A stretch of DNA of 6,898 nt from an uncultured archaeon (GTDB lineage Archaea; Asgardarchaeota; Lokiarchaeia; Sigyniarchaeales; Promethearchaeaceae): positions 1-6,898 of the forward strand of contig CAYRPF010000114.1 of the NCBI GenBank assembly GCA_964426185.1. Reading direction: 5' to 3'. Under the pieces are notes generated by a model, which saw only the letters and a program-made list of their open reading frames with translations, was not told the DNA's origin and searched no databases. The position numbers and the translations under genes are program-made. Below, piece by piece: positions 1 through 6,741 of this stretch; position 1 is the first letter of the stretch; each line of letters starts with the position of its first letter.

Positions 1-2
1 AT

Positions 3-200
3 CCACATTTAGCAGAAATTGAAATTTGTCCACATTGCCATAGCCGAAATATCGTGAAAAAATTGGATATTAATGAATCCTTTGCTCAAGTAGTTGATAA
101 TAAAGTGATTCAAAGAGCTGCAATTTTCTGCAAAGAATGTAATGAACTTTCATATGTAACCATAACTGCCTATGATTTGGCAAAAGTACGATTAAATTAA
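3..200 (+). CDS. C-terminal part of a protein ending in a Cys4 zinc-ribbon/zinc-finger domain (5'-truncated by the window edge)
   Basis: Manual translation of frame +3 is open from the window edge to TAA at 198-200: PHLAEIEICPHCHSRNIVKKLDINESFAQVVDNKVIQRAAIFCKECNELSYVTITAYDLAKVRLN*. It has two CxxC knuckles, CPHC (27-38) and CKEC (129-140), 30 residues apart. It is absent from the supplied track because no ATG lies in the window. It ends 37 nt before the next gene on the same strand. Confidence 0.8.
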   Translation, partial: PHLAEIEICPHCHSRNIVKKLDINESFAQVVDNKVIQRAAIFCKECNELSYVTITAYDLAKVRLN

Positions 201-227
201 TACTGCAAAGACCTGAATTTAGCCTAA

Positions 228-233
228 AGGGAT
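228..233 (+). promoter_or_regulatory. Possible Shine-Dalgarno-like site for the 238..3618 CDS
   Basis: AGGGAT ends 4 nt before ATG 238 and partially matches the archaeal consensus GGAGGTGAT. It is short and imperfect. Confidence 0.3.
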
Positions 234-237
234 TATA

Positions 238-3200
238 ATGAGCTCTTTATTCAAATTTTATATTGGAAAATCTTTTCTTAATCTTAAAAGGAAGTGGTTG
301 GTTATTCTAAGCATAGGATTAGCAATTTCTACAGTTGTTGGCTTAAATTATTACAGTCGCGCTCTTTTCTCATCAAAATTTGATGACTCCTTTGATTTTT
401 TCCAAGATTTTGAAATTAGTCACACACAAATTTATGGTGAACATCACTCAGCGATCCCAAAATTGAGATATTCATATAATTTTCAAAAAGATTATCAAGA
501 TATTATGAAAAGAATTGAACAATCTTCCCTTGATTTAGAAGGGGTCTATCAATACGGGATACTTAGCATGGAGGAAGGTTTTTGGGTTCATAATGAATGG
601 CGTTCAGTAGATCTCTCTTCAACAACAAGTGTACTTGATTATCATAGAAAATTGAATGCAACCGAAATTGAGTTTTTTGTTTCAGATGAAAATTTCTATT
701 TATCTTCACGGTTCAATAAATTTTTTAAAGTTATCGAGGGAAGAACTCCACAAAACCAACAAGAAATCTTAATTGAATATAGATTTGCACTTCAACATGG
801 ATTACATGTAGGTGAAAATACAAATATTTCGATGTTGATTGGCTCTGATCTTGATTTTTCTCCTCCTTATGTGGATTACAAATCGTTTCAGTTGAAAAAT
901 GTGTCGATTGTAGGAATTTATCTTTCAACCGAACATGATTATTATTTAGATACAGAACATCTTGTTTATTCTTATACTTATTCCGATTATCTTTCCAATG
1001 AAAAAATTAAGATTTCGTTAAATTATTTTGACGAACCTGCCATGTTTTCCTATTATAATTTTTCAGGTCCCGATATGGAACATCCTTTTCAGAAATTATA
1101 TTTAGAAATCGCAAATGATGGAATATTTTATCAATATTTACGCACCGCATATACCAGGTCGGGTTATTTGCTAATGTATCAAAGGGATCTGCTTGATTTC
1201 AATAAAATGAGCCAACAAATCTCGATAATTCAATCTTATACAAAAAACTTTTCCATATATTTGCCGTTAGAACACGGTTTTGTAGATTTACTAAGTACAA
1301 ATATGAAAATATTTTACCAAGATTTTCAGAACATAAAATCACTATTTCTTCTTCTTTACATTCCGATAATATTGTTTTCAATCTCAATTAGCATTTTGTT
1401 TATCAAAACTTCAAAAGAAAACCAAGAGAAAGAGTTTTTTTACTTAAAGACAATTGGAATACCAAATAAAAAACTGAGAAATTTAATAATATTTGAAAGT
1501 ACTTTAGATGGGATAGTGAGTGCTATTCTCGGAATTTTTCTTGGATTTGGAATATTCTTCATATATGATTTCATTTTTCAGGATATTTTTCTTCCTAATT
1601 CAATTGATCGATTAAAACCAATGTTCTATTTTGATAATCTAATTTGGGCATTAACCTTGAGTATATTTGTGAATATCCTTAATACAATTCAGATTTTTAG
1701 GTTGATTTCTCGAAGTAATTTAGATAAATTGGTTGTCAAAGTTAAAATGGAAGATCTTCACTCAGATATTGACGAATTTCAACTTTTTTCATCAAAATCT
1801 AAAAAAAATTCGCACATTTCGGTTGAAAAAAAGATAAAAAAAAGAAAAAATGAAAAAGAAGATTCATCTCGAAGAAACCATTTAGAAGAATCAAATATTG
1901 ATAAATCTAAGAATAAAACAAGAATTTTTCAATTTTTAAAAAAAAAAATTCAAGGAAAATACTCGGCATATCATGTAGTAGAAGAAAATAGTTTTCAGAA
2001 TAGAATATCATTAAAAACTAAGTTGATATTTGGTTTTGGTTTAATTTTATTTCTCCCTTTGCTTTTATTGATCTTAAAAAACTACTTTCGTTTATCGGAC
2101 ACAATGGTAGATTTGATTTCTTCTCTAGAAGAAAATTACAATTTAATCGAATTTGGGCTATTTACTGGAGTCATATTAATTATGATTGCAATTATTCGTG
2201 TGTTTTCTTTGGAAAAGCCCAAGTTTTATGCAAGAATTATAAAATTTTTTTCTCGGATTTCGCTTGGTGAACTGGATAAATACGCGACCGTGAAAGTGAT
2301 TGAGAAAAAGAACCGAACTTCAATTTTAATAAATATGACACTTCTATTTTCAGCTATTATATCTTTGAATATGATTAGTCAAACTACTTCCGTATATGCA
2401 ACTCTCCCCAATGCATTTCAAATAGGAGCAGATATGTCAATTTCCTATGAAAATCCATATTTTAAAACTTTAAATGATATTTACAGATGTCGAACAGATT
2501 TAAGAAATTTAGCAAATGAAGAAAACTCTCTAATCATTCAAGAAGATGCCTTTTATTATATAAGTGATTATTCATATTTTTCGCCTACTCTTGATTTAAC
2601 GTCTAACACACAAAGAAAAACCCAAATAATTTCACTTGAATTAAAAAGATATATCAATATTTTCAGTAATAGCAATCTAATAGAGCCTACTCAAAATTTT
2701 CTACAAAACATCAATAAAATGGTGGAATTTAATCAAAATTATATGAATATGTCTGCGATAGTAACTACTTCGTATTTCCTATCAAAGAATAACATGAAAA
2801 TTGATGATATTTTCATGGCATCTATCAGGTATTACCATGAAAATGGTGAAATTTTTTATTATGACATCCCAGTTAAAATAATTGCAGTGATGGATGTGTT
2901 TCCTGGAGTTTATTTCAACAAAGAAAATGATTTTCTAGAATCTTTTTTAATTGATTTCGATAGTTTATTGGAAAATTCGGGAGCAATACCTGGTGAAAAG
3001 GTTAAGACATTAATAAAAATCACCAATTATTCTAATGAAGTAGAACAATCTTCCATTTCTAACTCGATGATAGATTTACTTAATAACTATTGCGAATACC
3101 CAGTAATTAATTTCCAAGATCCGCTTTGGAATGAAATGACTGCTGAGAAAATTTCTTTCACTGATGATCGAATTAATCATATTTTTGGCCTTTTCTATTT

Positions 3201-3618
3201 TGATTTTTTGGTTATTGGAGTTTTTATAATGAGTGAATTATCAATATTAGCATTGGTATCCTTTAATTCTTCAAAACCAATTGACCAACGTCTTAGAGGA
3301 AGGGGAATGAAAAAAACGCAGCTTCTAAATATTAAAGCAATGGAATTTGGGATATTATTTCTTACTGCACTATTTTTAGGAATAATATTTGGTTTAATTG
3401 CTGGGATTGGTTATATTAAGGGATCATTGTTAACTAACTATTCCAGAATTGCGGGAAATTTACCTTTATCTTTTACATTTCCAATTTTCTTTGATATCTC
3501 CCAGACAATAGTTATATTCAGCGTTTTCATAGGAATTGCGCTATTAATCTTCTTAATAAGCTTAATCAAATTTTTTTCAACAGAATCAGATGTATATGAA
3601 ATGAATAAAAAATTGTAG
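238..3618 (+). CDS. FtsX/MacB-like (type VII) ABC transporter permease, duplicated architecture, ~10 TM, 1126 aa
   Basis: N-terminal basic amphipathic stretch, then TM1 (WLVILSIGLAISTVVGL). Large soluble domain with the MacB periplasmic-core-type motif EGRTPQNQQEILIEYRFALQHGLHVGE (from nt 736) and IVGIY. FtsX module EFFYLKTIGIPNKKLRNLIIFESTLDGIVSAILGIFLG. Charged linker and two extra TMs. Second module with QIGADMSI, KIIAVMDVFPG and LRGRGMKKTQLLNIKAMEFGILFLTALFLGIIFG. Substrate cannot be determined. Confidence 0.92.
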   Translation: MSSLFKFYIGKSFLNLKRKWLVILSIGLAISTVVGLNYYSRALFSSKFDDSFDFFQDFEISHTQIYGEHHSAIPKLRYSYNFQKDYQDIMKRIEQSSLDLEGVYQYGILSMEEGFWVHNEWRSVDLSSTTSVLDYHRKLNATEIEFFVSDENFYLSSRFNKFFKVIEGRTPQNQQEILIEYRFALQHGLHVGENTNISMLIGSDLDFSPPYVDYKSFQLKNVSIVGIYLSTEHDYYLDTEHLVYSYTYSDYLSNEKIKISLNYFDEPAMFSYYNFSGPDMEHPFQKLYLEIANDGIFYQYLRTAYTRSGYLLMYQRDLLDFNKMSQQISIIQSYTKNFSIYLPLEHGFVDLLSTNMKIFYQDFQNIKSLFLLLYIPIILFSISISILFIKTSKENQEKEFFYLKTIGIPNKKLRNLIIFESTLDGIVSAILGIFLGFGIFFIYDFIFQDIFLPNSIDRLKPMFYFDNLIWALTLSIFVNILNTIQIFRLISRSNLDKLVVKVKMEDLHSDIDEFQLFSSKSKKNSHISVEKKIKKRKNEKEDSSRRNHLEESNIDKSKNKTRIFQFLKKKIQGKYSAYHVVEENSFQNRISLKTKLIFGFGLILFLPLLLLILKNYFRLSDTMVDLISSLEENYNLIEFGLFTGVILIMIAIIRVFSLEKPKFYARIIKFFSRISLGELDKYATVKVIEKKNRTSILINMTLLFSAIISLNMISQTTSVYATLPNAFQIGADMSISYENPYFKTLNDIYRCRTDLRNLANEENSLIIQEDAFYYISDYSYFSPTLDLTSNTQRKTQIISLELKRYINIFSNSNLIEPTQNFLQNINKMVEFNQNYMNMSAIVTTSYFLSKNNMKIDDIFMASIRYYHENGEIFYYDIPVKIIAVMDVFPGVYFNKENDFLESFLIDFDSLLENSGAIPGEKVKTLIKITNYSNEVEQSSISNSMIDLLNNYCEYPVINFQDPLWNEMTAEKISFTDDRINHIFGLFYFDFLVIGVFIMSELSILALVSFNSSKPIDQRLRGRGMKKTQLLNIKAMEFGILFLTALFLGIIFGLIAGIGYIKGSLLTNYSRIAGNLPLSFTFPIFFDISQTIVIFSVFIGIALLIFLISLIKFFSTESDVYEMNKKL

Positions 3619-3623
3619 TTGAT
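3617..3623 (+). promoter_or_regulatory. Possible Shine-Dalgarno-like site for the 3630..6698 CDS, overlapping the upstream stop codon
   Basis: AGTTGAT matches AGGTGAT at 6 of 7 positions and ends 6 nt before ATG 3630. The 11-nt gap between the genes suggests co-transcription or translational coupling. Confidence 0.35.
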
Positions 3624-3629
3624 TATTGA

Positions 3630-6600
3630 ATGAGGACAAAATTAGGTTTTTATCTCAAAGAAAGCTTGAAATATGTTAAAGATTCAAAACTTGCGATCTT
3701 AACTTTAGCAATTGCGGTTGGCATGGTAGCAGGTTTTGGATATTATTTCGATTCTGCTCAGTATTATATTAATTTGGAAACAAATTATAATACTTTTGAT
3801 TATGTTGTTAAGTTTAATAATCAAAATGCTCATAGCTTAAGTTTTAATATAGGTGAAGATGAACGTTATGTTGAAAACATGTTTCTCAACTCAAAATTAA
3901 ACCTTGAAGATTCATATTATTATCAAATTTACAAAAACCCTCGATTGTTTCTTTATTTAACACAAAACAAATACAGTTCATTTTCTTGGTTTCTAATGGA
4001 AAAGGATTGGTTTACATCACCAAGATTTATCCAATATTTTGAAATTACTTCTGGAAAATTGCCAAATAATGAAAATGAAATTTTGGTCGATTCTCAATTT
4101 GCACAACAATTTAATCTTGATCTTGAAATTAATAATTCATTAAAAGTTAAATTAGGTCTTATTAATGAAGAAATTCATAATATATCAAGTTCTAAAATTG
4201 TGGGATTTTTTAAGCCCAAAAAGGAATTTATACAATTTGGAACACTTCAAGATGTAATTCAAACAGGAGACAACATAATTTTTCAATGGGCTAATTTTTC
4301 TCAACATTCAAGGAAATATCCAAACTCTGAATTAATTGAATATATGAAAACTCATCCCGAATTTCAAAACCAAGTTAATTTCTTATTCGAAGTAGAAACT
4401 TTAATCGGTTTTACTATTGATAGAACAGAAATACAAGTTTCTTGGCTAAGTGCCACTTCAACAGAATTTAAACAGAATTTTAATCAGTTTTTAGTAAAAT
4501 TACCTTCATATGTAACAGCATATAATCTGATTTCGACTTCACTAGAAAATCAATTTCAATTTCAAGAAGTTGTTAGACTCGCGATTCAATTTACTAATTT
4601 ACCTTTATACATTTTTGCGATTTATATTGGATCATTAGCTAACAAAATGAAAATAAGAAAACGTTATCATGAATTTTTTTCAATGAGAATGAGAGGTTTT
4701 CCAAAAAATATGGTGAGAAACCAGTTTCTAATGGAGGCAATTCTCAATAGTATTCTTATTTCGATTTTGGGTATTTTCTTAGGAATTGGAGTATTTTTTA
4801 TGGGTCAATATTGGTTGAATCCAATATTTTTAAGTGATTTTAATTTATTAGTGTCTTCATTGCATTTTCATTTCACTTTCCAAACAATAATTGAAAGTTT
4901 TCTTTTTGGAGCAATTCTAACTATTTTGGCAACTCTATCATCAATTAAACATGTTAATAATCTCCGTACTTCAGAGTTATCCAGAGAATTGCAAAATATT
5001 TCTGGAGATGTTGATTATGATGAGATTTCATTATACTTCAATAGAAAAAAGCTAAAGAAGTCAGATGACGAAGAATTAGATATCGAACAATTCATAAAGA
5101 AGAAGGAAGAATTAATTCCAAAATGGGGCATTATATTAGCGTTAAGTTCCACAATCCCGATTATTTTATTCATAATTATGATTTTTGGACAACAATTTCA
5201 CGTTTCTGACACAATTCAAGAACTTTCAAATTTACTATTTAATCGGATTAATCTTTTGATAATTTTGGTAATAATTTCACCAATATTCTTAGTAATTGGA
5301 TTAATCAGATATCTAATTGTAGAGTCTCCGCCACGTTTCGCCAAAATTTCTAAGTTTCTGTCTAAAATTTTTGTCAAAAAGCGGGATTATTTTGTGGGAA
5401 TTGAAATGGTTCGACAAAAACAATATCAGCAAATTATATTTCTCGCTGGATTATATGTCGCTATGTTAATGTTTTCAAATGTGACTATAAATACTCTAAT
5501 TCGTCTGGAAAAAATCAAGGAGAATATTGAAATAGGAGGAGATCTTAATTTTGACTTTACTGTTTCGAAGATGAGTTTTGAAAATCAATCAGATATTATG
5601 AATTTCAAGAATTTACTATTAAATCAAACAGATGGAGCGGGTAATCAAAGATTTGATGATTTAACAAGTGTTTTTGTAAAGGAGCAATTTACTGGAAGAA
5701 ATATGCGGGAAATATTTTTTGTAAATTTATCTGATTATTATTCTCTAATCTTTGCAAATCAAAATAAAGAAATTTCAACCCCCAATCTCTTAAATGATTT
5801 AAAGGAAGTCATAGATTTTAACAATAATCTAATTAATGAATCCGATAAGGTAGGATTAATTGTTAGCTCAGCCTTTTTGGAAATTAATAATTTCCAAATT
5901 GGAGAAACAATTACCTACTTGCAAAAAAGCTTGAATTTTACATCAGGAGAATATGTTGCGAAAATAATAACTGGAAAAATAATAAAAGTTATTGATGTAA
6001 TGCCAGGATTATATTTTTCAAGAACAAACGTTCCTAGCGATTTCATTGTAATTAGCAATCATATCTTTTTAAATGATGATGTTGATATTTTTCCTAGTAA
6101 AAACCTTAAGGTTGTTGTAAATGTCAATGAAAACTCAAAAGAACTCTTGAAAAAACCAGATGAAATGAAAAATTTAGTTGTATCGGCAACTAGTTATTCC
6201 TTGTATAACCTAGATTTCCAAGTCTATAATACTAATTGGGAAGATTTTGATTTTGTTTCATTGAATAAATCCGAGATTCCGTATTTGGGATTGATTTATT
6301 TTAACTTGATTATTATTGGAGTTGTTTTAGCAGTAGGCATGGCAATTCTTGTGATTGGTGTGCAAGATCAAAATAAAGGAATTTACGGAGAATTAATCTC
6401 ACGAGGCTTTGGAAGAAATGGAATTAACCGTTTAATTTTTGCCGAAATCTCTATTTCATTTCTAATATCTTTAATTTTTGGGATATTTGGGGGAAGTTTT
6501 TCCTCAATAATATTTTGTAAATTATATAGTATCTCAAAAGGAGGGGGTATCTTCAGCTTTCCCATCTATTTCAATTTTATAGAATTTCTTGAAATTTTAG

Positions 6601-6698
6601 CAGGTATTTTTATATGTACTTATCTACTTTTGAGTTATACCTTATATAAATACAAAAAACAAGAAATTTCCGAAATGTTAATTGAAGTAGAAGCGTAA
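3630..6698 (+). CDS. FtsX/MacB-like (type VII) ABC transporter permease, duplicated architecture, ~10 TM, 1022 aa; paralog of the upstream gene
   Basis: TM1 LAILTLAIAVGMVAGF. Motifs SGKLPNNENEILVDSQFAQQFNL and IVGFF. FtsX module RYHEFFSMRMRGFPKNMVRNQFLMEAILNSILISILGIFLG. Second module with EIGGDL, KIIKVIDVMPG and LISRGFGRNGINRLIFAEISISFLISLIFGIFGG. Motifs are colinear with the 238..3618 protein. Confidence 0.92.
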   Translation: MRTKLGFYLKESLKYVKDSKLAILTLAIAVGMVAGFGYYFDSAQYYINLETNYNTFDYVVKFNNQNAHSLSFNIGEDERYVENMFLNSKLNLEDSYYYQIYKNPRLFLYLTQNKYSSFSWFLMEKDWFTSPRFIQYFEITSGKLPNNENEILVDSQFAQQFNLDLEINNSLKVKLGLINEEIHNISSSKIVGFFKPKKEFIQFGTLQDVIQTGDNIIFQWANFSQHSRKYPNSELIEYMKTHPEFQNQVNFLFEVETLIGFTIDRTEIQVSWLSATSTEFKQNFNQFLVKLPSYVTAYNLISTSLENQFQFQEVVRLAIQFTNLPLYIFAIYIGSLANKMKIRKRYHEFFSMRMRGFPKNMVRNQFLMEAILNSILISILGIFLGIGVFFMGQYWLNPIFLSDFNLLVSSLHFHFTFQTIIESFLFGAILTILATLSSIKHVNNLRTSELSRELQNISGDVDYDEISLYFNRKKLKKSDDEELDIEQFIKKKEELIPKWGIILALSSTIPIILFIIMIFGQQFHVSDTIQELSNLLFNRINLLIILVIISPIFLVIGLIRYLIVESPPRFAKISKFLSKIFVKKRDYFVGIEMVRQKQYQQIIFLAGLYVAMLMFSNVTINTLIRLEKIKENIEIGGDLNFDFTVSKMSFENQSDIMNFKNLLLNQTDGAGNQRFDDLTSVFVKEQFTGRNMREIFFVNLSDYYSLIFANQNKEISTPNLLNDLKEVIDFNNNLINESDKVGLIVSSAFLEINNFQIGETITYLQKSLNFTSGEYVAKIITGKIIKVIDVMPGLYFSRTNVPSDFIVISNHIFLNDDVDIFPSKNLKVVVNVNENSKELLKKPDEMKNLVVSATSYSLYNLDFQVYNTNWEDFDFVSLNKSEIPYLGLIYFNLIIIGVVLAVGMAILVIGVQDQNKGIYGELISRGFGRNGINRLIFAEISISFLISLIFGIFGGSFSSIIFCKLYSISKGGGIFSFPIYFNFIEFLEILAGIFICTYLLLSYTLYKYKKQEISEMLIEVEA

Positions 6699-6699
6699 A

Positions 6700-6725
6700 C
6701 TTCTTTTTTTCTTTTTCCTTTTTCT
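6700..6725 (+). terminator. Archaeal-type oligo-T (U-tract) transcription terminator candidate
   Basis: 26 consecutive pyrimidines (cttctttttttctttttcctttttct) starting at 6700, just after the TAA at 6696-6698, with T7, T5 and T5 runs and no preceding GC hairpin. Multiple U-tracts directly after a stop are the known signal for archaeal intrinsic and aCPSF1/FttA-dependent termination. Confidence 0.6.
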
Positions 6726-6741
6726 ACCGTAGTGTTTTGTT

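Noticed and set aside
2-36. Short direct repeats TCCACATT (2-9, 29-36) and GAAATT-GAAATT
   Set aside because: Too short, only two copies, and explained by the PH..PH and EIEI coding sequence. Not a CRISPR or regulatory array.
731-928. 65-aa minus-strand ORF from the track
   Set aside because: Lies entirely antisense within the permease 1 CDS and has no recognisable motif; shadow ORF.
1199-1387. 62-aa minus-strand ORF from the track
   Set aside because: Antisense within permease 1 with no motif; shadow ORF.
1825-1848. EKKIKKRK resembling a eukaryotic nuclear localisation signal
   Set aside because: It sits in a prokaryotic polytopic membrane protein, so the resemblance is compositional. It is covered under the polybasic loop finding.
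231-3626. Hexamer GATTAT just upstream of both permease start codons (231-236 and 3621-3626)
   Set aside because: A six-base AT-rich word at different spacings that overlaps the SD-like sites and also occurs inside the CDSs. Not enough for a separate motif.
6383-6565. 60-aa minus-strand ORF from the track
   Set aside because: Antisense to the TM-coding end of permease 2. Its K/I/P richness mirrors Phe/Ile/Gly codons on the coding strand.
6642-6650. TATA-like TTATATAAA near the end of permease 2
   Set aside because: Inside a CDS, lacks a purine-rich BRE, lies upstream of the U-tract, and is expected by chance at this AT content.
238-6698. Assigning specific names such as macB, ftsX, lolC/E or bceB
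   Set aside because: Only the fold family is supported. There is no fused NBD, adaptor or partner gene, and size and topology differ from those proteins.
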